Source of the DNA: Octopus vulgaris
Taxonomy: Eukaryota
DNA: 64,000 bases
Direction: 5' to 3'
Assembly: GCA_951406725.2 (NCBI GenBank)
Contig: OX597826.1
Location: 53,134,001-53,198,000 of the forward strand
Shown: positions 52,283 through 64,000 of the stretch, piece after piece
Position numbering within the stretch: position 1 is the first letter of the stretch
Layout: each line of letters begins with the position of its first letter
Translations under genes and position numbers: made by a program
Notes under the pieces: model-generated
The model's input: only the letters and a program-made list of their open reading frames with translations
What the model was told of the DNA's origin: nothing
The model's database searches: none

Positions 52283-52707
52283 TATGTTTGACTTTTGCTT
52301 TATGTCTGTACAAGTTGGCTCCAAGTCTCACCCAGAGACCTCAAGAGACAACAGGTTGGAAGTTCTGTGCCATATATTTGTTTTTTTTTTGGGGTTTTTT
52401 TCCCCCTTTTTTTGGTGTTGTACTAGTGAATGTCTAATACATAAAAATAAAATTTAAAAAAAAAAGAAAAAAAAAGTTTGTTTTAAACCTTGGGATTACA
52501 TAGAGAGTATTTTGCGTAGGATATGAGCAGTTCCCATGAGCACTATCTTTTGAATTTCTGCCATTTTGGGGTTTCCTGGTATCTGAGTTAGGTAGCAATC
52601 AGTCCCTTTCGCTATCATTCCCAGGGCACCTATGACAACAGGTATTGTTTTAGTCTTCAGCTTCCACATTTTGCTGATTTCTATTTCAAGATCTTTATAT
52701 TTGCTCA

Positions 52708-52708
<1 letters not shown>
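52281..52708 (-). mobile_element. R4/Dong-type retrotransposon 3' end plus 3' UTR inside (TAA)n
   Basis: LSKYKDLEIEISKMWKLKTKTIPVVIGALGMI..IQKIVLMGTAHILRKILSM*; TTA tracts both sides. Confidence 0.9.
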
Positions 52709-52761
<53 letters not shown>

Positions 52762-52764
52762 TGC

Positions 52765-53705
52765 ATTTGTCAGAGTTCTTTCGTCACACATTCTATGACC
52801 TCTGCAATGACTATCTGTTTTTGAGGCTCCTTTTCTCCCTGGTCTCATCTTGTCTAATCCTTTTTGCCAATTTCTGAGCGAGCTTGGCCACACTAGCCAT
52901 GACCTCTTCCCAGTTCCTCTTTACCTGGAGATCTAGTCCAAACCAGACATCGAGCACTTTCACCGTACCCTTCGTTTAGCGATAGAAATCGCCGTTACTC
53001 CACTTGGACTTGCCTCTCTAAGAGCTTAGTTGCAAACCTGCCGATTTGTCCTCGTTTATGAGTGATCTTGTAGAAGCCTGATATTCTTTCAGTGTCGTGT
53101 CGTTTCTATATCCGAAGAATCCGACACCATGACAGTGACATCGACCGCGTATGCAGGCACAGCTCTCCTGTGGCCGAGTTCCAGCAAGATGCCTCTCAAA
53201 TTTTCCAGCTTTCGCAGCAAGGGTTATAAAGCAAAAACATATAAAAGCGGGGAAGTTGAGCATCCTTGGCGAACTGAGCGAACTTGGCGTACTGAAAGGT
53301 TCCGAGAGGTGGCCTTTAATTTGACAATCGCTCAGATGCCACAATGCATTGTGGTGATCCAGCCCCTGAAGACGGAACCGAAACCGACAGCTTTTAGGAC
53401 ATACACCAGATAGCAATGGTCCACCCTGTCAAAGGCTTGGAAATGGTTAAAATTGATCAGTGCCCTACCAAAGTCATATCTATTTCCGACCCGTTCTGCG
53501 ATGTATAGCATGAGGTGGACGTTGTCGTGGATAGACCTACTGGGGATCGCACAGACAACACAGTCGACAACAAGCGCCAACCAGTTGGCGAGCACCTTAG
53601 CTAAAATCTTTAACTCAGTGTTGAGTAGAGTTATGGGCCTGAAGTTTTCAGTCACGTACCCCTTTTTCGGATCCTTCTTCAGCGGAATCACCACGACTGG
53701 AAATC
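52765..53705 (-). mobile_element. Tx1/L1-clade LINE reverse transcriptase fragment
   Basis: NFRPITLLNTELKILAKVLAN..RSIHDN..QAFDRVDH..GFG. Confidence 0.9.
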
Positions 53706-53733
53706 TCATGACTGGAAATCTCCCAAATAAAAA

Positions 53734-53837
<104 letters not shown>

Positions 53838-53839
53838 TA

Positions 53840-54398
53840 AATGCCCTGGTGCAGTACCAGACAGTGGCTCTCGTGGCTTCTGATCTTAACTAATTGAAAG
53901 TGTTATCATGTACATTGTTTTCTCTTGGTATAAAAGATGGGCTACAGTAAATATTCTGCTCAATACCACAGATTTGCTTGTCAATTGTTTGGCCTTAACC
54001 AGTTGAGCATGTCCCTAAGTGGCTGACGATATGTGCATCTCTGATCTCGAGCAGAAGTAGTGGGGGAGCATCATAACCATGTGTTGAGAGGGATTCTTTG
54101 GGGTTTGAATAATTCACCTCTGGAAACATGGGTGTTTCGTTCAACATCCTTAAACAACCTTTATTCGGGGACCTTTTGAGCGGGATGGGTTACTCGACCT
54201 GAAGAAAATTCTAACAGGGCTCGACTTGCAAGGTCGTGCGCTGTTTATCTTGATATGAGATCACCATGTCGCGCACATATGGTTGTGATGCATGTACCTA
54301 GTGTACCCTTATCAGACGGGTAGTCGTGATGGGTATACTGGGCTTCGTATATTTTACCCCAGTTTCATTTTGATGGCATGCACTGCTCTCTCACTCAG
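53840..54398 (+). mobile_element. About 560-bp non-coding repeat flanked by (TAA)n; copy 2
   Basis: Homologous to 37526-38007, longer at the 5' end. Confidence 0.75.
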
Positions 54399-54406
54399 TA
54401 ATAATA

Positions 54407-54458
<52 letters not shown>

Positions 54459-55234
54459 TAATAATAACAGAGTATTTCTATAAGTGTGTCTCAAATGTCA
54501 TTACTTGTTTTCAACCTTTTAGTCAGCCGTTATTTTATACGTTCTGCATAATATAAAGCCTTTCATAAGTCTTAAGTTACTTTGCTCGTTGAAAAAAAAA
54601 AAAAAAGAAAAAGAAAAAAAAGCCATTGGCAATGTGTATCGTATATGATGCATTAATGTCATAGAAATATGTCCCGCGTATAGCATACGATACATAGGAA
54701 AAACAAAAGGTTAAGACAATGATATTTTCTCATAATTTCTGGTCTGCCTTCTATTAATTAAATTGTCCTGACTCTTTACATAAATTATGCTAATGAGTAA
54801 TTCATTGCTTGTAAGATTTGCCCATGGAAGAAGAAATATGAATATTTACTATATTGATGCACAGACCGTCAAATGCTTTTTAATTTGATTATTTAAATAA
54901 ATTTAGCAGTTGTTTATTTTGCACACACAGATACAAGTACAAAGCCACCACCATTATTATCACTGCCATCATCACCACTACCACCACAACCTCAACCGCC
55001 ACCGCATACGTGAAAATGCATATTACTATTGATCGAATAACAAAAAATAGACACAAACTCAGCGTGAAGTCTATGTGTGTGTTTGTGTGGTGTGTGTGGT
55101 GAGTGTGTGTGTGCGTCCATATTTGTGTGTTTGTACATATATAATTATATACACATATGTAATTATGCAATTATATATATATATATGTAATTGAATGCAC
55201 ATAATTATATTTAATTATTACTGCTACTAAATGT

Positions 55235-55388
55235 GAAGGCGCATGGCTCAGAGGTTAGAGCGTGGAGCTTACGATTGTGAGGCTGTGAGTTCGATTCCCG
55301 GAGTTGTGTTCTTGAGCAAGACACTTTATTTCGTGCGTTTATATATATATGTTTACATACATGTTTGTGTTTATATATGGATATGCAC

Positions 55389-55420
<32 letters not shown>

Positions 55421-55795
55421 ATGAAGGTGCATGGCTCAGTGGTTAGAGCGTAGAGCTTACGATTGTGAGGCTGTGAGTTCGATTCCCGGACCGGGCTGCG
55501 TGTTGTGTTCTTCAGCAAGACACTTTATTTCACATTGCTTCAGTTCACTCAGCTGTAGAAATGAGTTGCGACATCACTGGTGCCAAGCTGTATCGGCCCC
55601 TTTGCCTTTCCCTTGGATAACATTGGTGACATGGATAGGGGAGGCCGGTATGCATGGGCGACTGCTGGTCTTTCATAAAAAAAGAAAAACAACCCCAGGT
55701 TGTGCATTCGCCGGAGAGGCGACTTTCCACCCAGAGTTGTACACCGGAGGGGAACCTCTTAGGTGCACCCACGGTCATTCGTGACCAACGGAGTC
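55235..55795 (+). mobile_element. Family C SINE head duplicate plus full copy
   Basis: tRNA heads at about 55235 and 55423. Confidence 0.8.
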
Positions 55796-56252
55796 GAGTT
55801 TACTACTACTACATGATATGTCTTATGTTTTTGGTCGTGGAAGGATAAGATGCAAATATATCACTAACAAAAATGTCAAGAACTAACTGAAGGATGCTCG
55901 CCACACGAATAACAACAACATTTTGTTTTGTAAAGTCAGCGTGTTAATTGTTACTTCATGTGTTTACTTCAACCTGCCAAAAAACGGGGAAATAAATAAA
56001 AATAGAAAACAGAAGATAACGAATACAAGAATTTGAAGCCCATCTAATATTCTATTTAATAGCTGTCATCAAAGTTTAGCGCAGGTGTGTTGACAACAAT
56101 AGGGGATAGAGAAAGAAAGAGAGAGGATGTTATTTCATAGCCAACGGCTGCTATTTGTTGTTCTTCTGAGAGTTTCTGTTGCATCATACATAATTGCTGA
56201 AGTAAATGGCATCAGATGCAAGTTCCTAGATATGAAACACTCCATAATATAA

Positions 56253-56488
56253 AAAACAATTGCAGCGTGGAAAGAGTTTATAAGCCATTTACGAAACACG
56301 CAAACACCGTTAGATTCACTTCAACATTTAAATTTAATTTTTTCCAAAATATTTTGGCAAATGTTGAAGTAAATCTAACGGTTTTTGTGTGTTTCTTAAA
56401 TGGCTTATAAACACCTTCCACGCTGCAATTGTTTTCGTTCCAGCACACGATCTCAGATCAGGTCATTTGCTATGCAAGTACATCTCCG
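56253..56488. mobile_element. Fold-back of a Penelope-like terminal repeat
   Basis: About 78-bp inverted arms 56253-56330 / 56358-56435; same family as 1508-1603. Confidence 0.75.
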
Positions 56489-57220
56489 TAACTCTATAAT
56501 ATTATTCCCTGAAAAGTATTAAGTACCCTTCGGAAGCATTATAGTTTCGAAATTACCAGAGTCCTGGTTTAGATCCAACTGCATGGCACCTTGTCATTTT
56601 TCTGTAGCTTCAGGTCGACCCATACCGTGTGAGGGAAACTGGTAATAGGAAACTGCATGGAAGCGCATCGGATGGGTTATACCTGTATTTCCAAGATCCG
56701 GTGTTATTATACACTAAATCACCCTGAATACGCTTTAAAAAAATATTTTAAGGTAAATATGTTTGTGAAATACTGAGCCATTTCGAAGCTCTTTCATTGA
56801 ACGCGGTTGATTCAACAACCGAGGCCCCAGGTTCGGAAATTCTGATCCGTTACCCACACACACATGATCACACATGCAGAATGTAAACTAAAAGTGTATA
56901 TATTAAGAGTTTTTAAGAAGATTTATTTATATTCACTTGACCGGTTTCACAATATATTAATTTTCAAAAAATAGTGTGCGATATGGTGCCCTAGAGTTAT
57001 GCAGTCTGACAACTATGGCATAAAATCACATCTTGCTGTCTTATCCTACATTTGAATATCATGAAATTGTGAAAGTGGTTAAGTGAATAAAAATAATTTT
57101 TTTTAAAGACTCAATGCACGTTTTCAACTTATTTTTATCATATTTATATTCGTGTAAAAAAGCATATTTTCCTATACATACATACATTCATACATACATT
57201 CATACATACATACATACATA

Positions 57221-58350
57221 CGAAACAGATTAAATATATCTCGAAACAAGTGAAAATAAGCTCGCAAAAAATTAATATAAACTCGAATCCAATTAAAATA
57301 TGCTCGTAACAAATCTAAATAATTTTGAAACAAATTAAAATAACAACGGATCAAATCAAAATAATCTCAAAACAAATTAAAATAACTTCGAAATAGAATA
57401 ATCTTGAAGCAAACTGAAATAAATTCGAAACAAATTGAAATTCGCTCGAAAAAAATTCAAATAATCAAAGATCAAATGTAATGATAGATGTATAAGTTTT
57501 GAATTCTTCTCTTTATTTGACTTGGAAATGAAGTGATTGAGTCACTGATGAAGGGATCAAGCGAATTCCGAGGATTAATGTTAAAGTATCTTCGCTTTAC
57601 ATTTAATGTATGGATTGATTGTATCTTATTGATCCCATGGATTAATTGTATTTGTGAATTTAGTCTCATAGCAACGAAAGCTTGTCTCAAGCTACAAGTA
57701 TTAGTATTTCACAACAGGTTAAATGGAGAAGCAAACGGAGGTCATGCAAGAAATTTGTGCTTGAAACTTGTATATGTATACTATCTGCCATTGAGCAAGT
57801 GGAGTGGAAATTCATTGCTGCTGTTCATGAGGTTAAGAAGACAACAGCACATAAAAATTGAGCAGGCACAAATCGTGTGCTATATTAGCATCGCGATGAT
57901 GTCCGCGGTGGTGTTACAAACTAAGAAAATGAAGTGACTGAGTCATTGATAGAGGGACTAAGCGGACGCTGAGGATCACTGTAAAAGTATCTTCGCGAAC
58001 GCTTATGTTTAATGTATGGCTTGATCGTATCCTATCAAACTATAGTAAGGAATATTTATGAAAAACCAAATTCATTGAATTAAGTGTATTTATAGCTAAA
58101 GAAACTATTTTGTGCTTCCGAAACATCATTCATGAAAGTTATCCTTGTTCAGAAAGAACTGCCAATCAAAATTAAACTGTAAACCATAACTCGTTTGATA
58201 AAGGTATCGGAAATATGGTTCGAGTAAAAAAAACATTTTTTTTAATTGCTCTGATATTATTCTAATTTGTTTTGAGTTTAAGTTGCCACGAACGCATTTG
58301 AATTTGCTCTGAATTTATTTTAATCTGCTTCGATTATTATTTTATTTTGT
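57221..58350. mobile_element. Foldback-like element with inverted arrays of 21-bp subrepeats
   Basis: About 12 units of cgaaacaaattaaaataagct on the left, degenerate reverse-complement units on the right. Confidence 0.55.
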
Positions 58351-60067
58351 TCTTGAAAAATGTAGATTAGTAAAATGTTTGAAAAAGAAAATTCAAGTGG
58401 AAGGAAAAGTCAGATTTGTGACTTTTTTCTTCTTCATCCGGAAAATTCCGAATTTGGAAGGTTTTCGGGTTTCCAAGTTTTGGATAAAGGATTATCGACT
58501 AATTACATATACATCTCTGTGTGTATGGGAGCGCGCGCGCGTTCAGACAGATAGGTATGCATGCATGTGTGTATGTGTGTATGTACATATGTGTATGTAT
58601 ATGTGTGTGTGTTTATATGATAAAGCTAATTTCTGTAACTTAATATTGATTTAAAATTTTGGCACAAGGCCAGCAATTTTGTGGGCGAGGCAAGTGAATT
58701 ACATCGACTCCAGTGCTCAACAAGTACCCCAAAAGGGATGTCAGACAAACTCGACCTCGGCGAAATTTGAACTGAGAACGTAAAGTCGGACGAAATGCTG
58801 CTTTTTGCGTCGTGTGCCAACAATTCTGCCGGCTTGCCATCTGTAACTTAACATGAAATTTGATTTTTACGTAAATTTCGGTGATTTAAGCAGTCTTGTC
58901 AAGCATAATACTGACAAGAAAATGGTAAATGGTTTATCGATTTTTTTACTGCATTCATAACTTCCCAGTTATGTTAGTCAGTATATAATTAGTACACATC
59001 TGTCTTTCTGTTCCACCGCTAACGACAACATTATACAGTTTATTTCAAACATGGAGGTACTAAAATCATTAAATTAGGTACTCAGAAAAAGAAATCTGTA
59101 TATAATGTCTTTATGTTAGTGTGCATAAACAGTATTTATTACCGAGTGTCTGTTTGTCTTAGTTATTTCATCTACTGCTACACACACACAATCACACGTG
59201 TGTGTTTGTCTCTCTCGCTGCTTGACAACCGGTGTTGGTTTGTTTTCATCTCTGTAACTTAACGCTACAGCAAAAGTGACCGATGGAATGAGTACAAGAC
59301 TTAAAGAACGAAAACAAAAGAACTTCAAGGCGATACGACAGTATAGCCGCAGTCCAATGACTGAAACAAGTAAAAGTGTAAAGAGGTATGAGTATGTTGT
59401 AGAAGAGCGGAAGTAATTCTAGTAGCCAGGTTTCGATCCCTGACACAGCTAATTTTAATGAAGTTCAAGAAAGGGATGGGTCATGCATAAACATTATGCT
59501 GTCTCATTTCTTTTTTCCTTCTTATAAACTCTATGACGTCGTATTTACATAAAACATATGTTATGTAACAATAATATTATCTTTGACACATCAATTTCAC
59601 ATAGGAGCAAAACCGTTTGCAAATTTTTCTTTTATTTCCACACATTCTTCCACCCAGCCATCCTAATTCCGTTACCATTTCGTCAAGTTATTCCAGACAG
59701 TATTCAAATGGCGTTAGTGAAATAGAATGTGAAACAGCCAGTTTAACTAGCTGCAATATATAGGTTAGATTGTGAGGGCGTCTTTCTGGTAACAAGAAAG
59801 TAATGTTTTAGTGTGCATTCCTACATCAATTCCCGTTTACGATGGCGGGAGAAAAAAAAACGTTTATATTTCTTTCATTTATAATACTTAATAGAAATAA
59901 GGTATGTCATTTTATCAGATTAATTAGCATAGTTACATAAGTATATTACTAGTTTATACATATACACATACTTATACACATACGTGCGTTTATATATATA
60001 TATGTTTATATACACGTTTGTGTTTATATATGGATATGCATATATATATATATATGTGTGTGTGTAT

Positions 60068-60325
60068 GAAGGCTCATGGCTCAGTGGTTAGAGCGTAGAG
60101 CTTACGATCGTGATGTTATAAGTTCGATTCCCGGACCGGGCTGTGTTGTGTTCTTGAGCAAGACACTTTATTTCACGTTGCTCCAGTTAACTCAGCTGTA
60201 GAAATGAGTTGCGACATCACTGGTGCCAAGCTGTATCGGCCTTTGACTTTCCCTTGGATAACATCAGTGGCGTGGAGAGGGGAGGTCGTTATGCATGGGT
60301 GACTGCTAGCCTTCTACAAACAATC
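60068..60325 (+). mobile_element. Family C SINE
   Basis: Homologous to 55423-55680. Confidence 0.85.
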
Positions 60326-60402
60326 TTGAAAGCATGAGAAATAACCTGGAAAAGAAAAAATACCCACGAAACAAAACTCCGTTGCTGGGAAACTCAGACT
60401 TT

Positions 60403-60439
60403 CCCGGTGACCCAAGGGGTTACGGGTAGTCTAGTCTAG
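60403..60439 (+). mobile_element. Helitron-like 3' terminus
   Basis: Hairpin cccggtgaccc-aa-ggggttacggg then tagtctagtCTAG/T. Confidence 0.55.
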
Positions 60440-60480
60440 TATACACACACCTACAAACACACACACACACGCCCCCACAC

Positions 60481-60520
<40 letters not shown>

Positions 60521-60637
60521 GGCTATAAATTATCTTTACAGTTTGAAAAATTCAGAGAAAGAGAAAATAATCTAACAGAGTTTATTGGAAAAAGACAAGC
60601 AAACAAATAAAGTTTTATTAGAAACATCAGAACACTT

Positions 60638-60910
60638 CTGAGTGGATTTGGTAGACGGAAACTGAAAGAAGCCCGTCTTATATATGTATATATATATATA
60701 TATGCGTGTGTGTGTTTTGTGTGTCTGTGTTTGTCCCCCTAGCACCGATGCTGGTGTGTTTATGTCCCCGTTACTTAGCGGTTCGGCAAAAGAGATTGAT
60801 AGAATAAGTACTGGGCTTACAAAGAATAAGTCCTGGGGTCGATCTTCTCGACTAAAGGCGGTGCTCCAGCATGGCCGCAGTCAAATGACTGAAGCAAGTA
60901 AAAGAGTATA
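60638..60910 (+). mobile_element. Family B SINE, 5' truncated
   Basis: Family consensus match. Confidence 0.8.
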
Positions 60911-61599
60911 TATATATATATACACATATATGACCTTTCTGTGACTTCAGCTTATCTTTTTTTGTATGGTTTGGACTATGACCAGTTCCTCATACGAACA
61001 TTTGTCATTTACAAATATAATATTTATATTAAAATCTTAGTTGCTCGTAATTTATGTCGCAAACAAGTTGTTAGTTATGAGTAAATGATTAGTGAAGTCA
61101 TAAAAAATTAAATCTAATAACGATAAGTATGTTGAAATAACTCTAAAATTCAGAAGATTTGATCTTCCCTAGTATAATGTAAGCACAGATGCAGTGATAT
61201 ATATTAGCTGATATATGAGGCGTAAATATTATGTTAATATGTTTGTACTGAAGGAAGGCAAATGTTTAATAGGGATTCAATGAATGGAAGTTTTCCGTGA
61301 ATAAATTATTTAAGTTTTCAATTATGCCTTCGATACTGTATTCAGGCAATATACTTTTTAAGAAATATATCTGAACATCACAGCATGTCCACACGTCAGC
61401 AAAACTAAAATACCGAGAACATGCAAATTACTGCTGACAGTAAATGGACGCTTTTACGACAAAGATGTATTATTTCTACGTATAACTCGGTCAGCCACAA
61501 GGCACGGCCATCAGTTATATCCGTTAGTCACCAACATTCTTTCGAGGAAGCTTATTCGTATTACATTCCTGTGTGGATTTTCCACTCTATTATTACCTC

Positions 61600-62150
61600 G
61601 ACCACTAGTTTTTCGCCAGTTGAATTATTAGACTAAACCAGACCTCAAGCAATTTAACCAAGTCATCATTCCTACCAGAAATATCCATTGGAATAGATTT
61701 GATTCATTAGCAATCAAAACTAAGTTGGTCGATGTTTCGTAGTTTAACTTTACTTCTAACATCTGCTCGCTTTGGCTAGTTTGGCACGCATCACCGCTTT
61801 TCAGAGAGTCCAATACCATATTAAGTTATTCACGCTGTCGTATTTCATTGACCAAGCTCACGGAAAACACGCCTCTAAATCCTTAACTTTCTTGGTGGAG
61901 ACTCGCTTGCTAACACGTGCAAAAGTGGAGAGCTGTGAGACTTAGTCAACAAGAACATTTGATGTCGAACTGCTCCGTGAAATTGCCACTTTCTTAAACC
62001 ATTGAACGCATAATGTCATACGGCTTGAAGAAGTAGACTGACTGTAGCACAAGTTCCAATGGTCTACCCTGTGGAATATTTTTGATGGATTCAAATTGAT
62101 CAGGGCATTAGCGAAGCCATATCTAGTTCTTACACTCTCTACCATGTATG
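61600..62150 (-). mobile_element. Decayed Tx1/L1-clade RT fragment
   Basis: VRTRYGFANALINLNPSKIFHRVDH aligns to GNRYDFGRALINFNHFQAFDRVDH at about 53450. Confidence 0.7.
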
Positions 62151-63232
62151 TGTACGAAATGTAAATTATATAGAAGAGAAAAAGTGTGTAACAGTTAAAA
62201 AAAAATTTTTTTTTAAAGCATCTTAGCGAGGACAAACCAAAAACTTTCTTGAACTTTAGATAAAATGTTAAAACTTTATTCAGCTGAGTTAGACACTCGA
62301 TGTATTCTAACTTGTCTCTTTGTGGTTGTTGTTCTTTCTTGGCAATGTCCTACACCTCGGCCAACTACTTGTATGCAGCTAGTTCAACGGAAATTGGCCA
62401 AGACGAGTGAGAACAGGTTAGATGTTGACAAATATAATATTGATTTCTAACATTGTTACAAGGCCATACATTTTTGTGGGAAGGTACAATCAATTGTATC
62501 GATCTTCAATACTTGGCCGGCGCGCCTTTTATCTCCCCTGGGGAGGCATTCAATTGAGCAAATGATTCCTTATATGTCCCAATGCTTTTTAACGCAGACA
62601 CAAGACGACACATTTTGGGAATGGAACAGGAGAGGTGTGGACCATAATATCGCCCCCACTTCATGGCTTGTACTTAATCTTAAGTAAAGAAAGTTTCCAT
62701 ATGACTCTGTGTCTGTGTTGTTGTTGGCTGGCTGAATCAAACGAGCACTGAACAAAATGCTTTGTGGCATTTCTTCCGTATCTTTACGTTTCGAGTACAA
62801 ATCCCGGCGAGGTCAATCGTACTTTTTATTCTTTCAAGGTCTATAAAATGAATACCGGTCAAGTACTAGGGTCCATGTATTCGACTGGCACACTCCCTGT
62901 AAAAATTACTGCCCTTGTGCCCAAGTTATTATTATCATTATTTGCTTAGCATAATTTTATTTGTTCTTATTTTCGGAGTTCAATTTCCGCCGGAGTCGAC
63001 TTTGCCTTTCATCCTTTCGAGGTCGATAACATAAGTATCTGTTGAGCACTGGGATCGATGTAGTCGACTAGCCCCTTCCCCGAAATTGCTGTGTGCCAGT
63101 CGAATACATGGACCCTAGTACTTGACTGGTATTCATTTTATAGACCTTGAAAGAATAAAAAAGTACGATTGACATCGCCGGGATTTGTACTCAAAACGCT
63201 CGCTTTGTGTCGAAATTTGAAACCATTATTAC

Positions 63233-63272
<40 letters not shown>

Positions 63273-63311
63273 GTTATTATTGTTGTTGTTGTTGTTGTTA
63301 TTATCATTATT

Positions 63312-63800
<489 letters not shown>

Positions 63801-64000
63801 TATTATTATTATTGGCTTAGTGTTTAGGGTCTTGCACTCATGATCGCTAGACCGTGACTTCAATAATTCCTTGACCGGGTAGTGCGTTGCGTTCTTGAGC
63901 AAGACACTTCATCTCACGTTGCTCTGCAATCAATTCGACGCCTGATGCGTAGTACACAGTACACCTATTTCTTTATTACCCACAAGGGGCTAAACACAGA

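Noticed and set aside
57221-57475. CRISPR-like array (also 48555-49005)
   Set aside because: No unique spacers, degenerate units, eukaryotic context, no cas genes

Overview
AT-rich eukaryotic genomic DNA, almost entirely repeats, with dense TA/TG/TATG/TCTA/TAA microsatellites. The repeat content suggests a coleoid cephalopod, probably Octopus (inference from the SINE families and microsatellite density). Nearly all ORFs in the supplied track are microsatellite or SINE artefacts, and no intact protein-coding gene is visible. One plausible first coding exon (9516-9608, +) may open a very large intron. The window holds at least four tRNA-headed SINE families; decayed LINEs (RTE, RTE-X, CR1-like, Tx1/L1, and four R4/Dong-type endonuclease fragments, two of them embedded in TAA repeats); and mariner, hAT, Tc2-like, piggyBac-like and Helitron remnants. 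The most notable signal is about seven type-I hammerhead-ribozyme motifs in unrelated short non-coding elements. Several show Penelope-like inverted-terminus architecture, and one is fused to a tRNA-derived Pol III head. Several long fold-back structures are also present. All coordinates were read by eye and are approximate.
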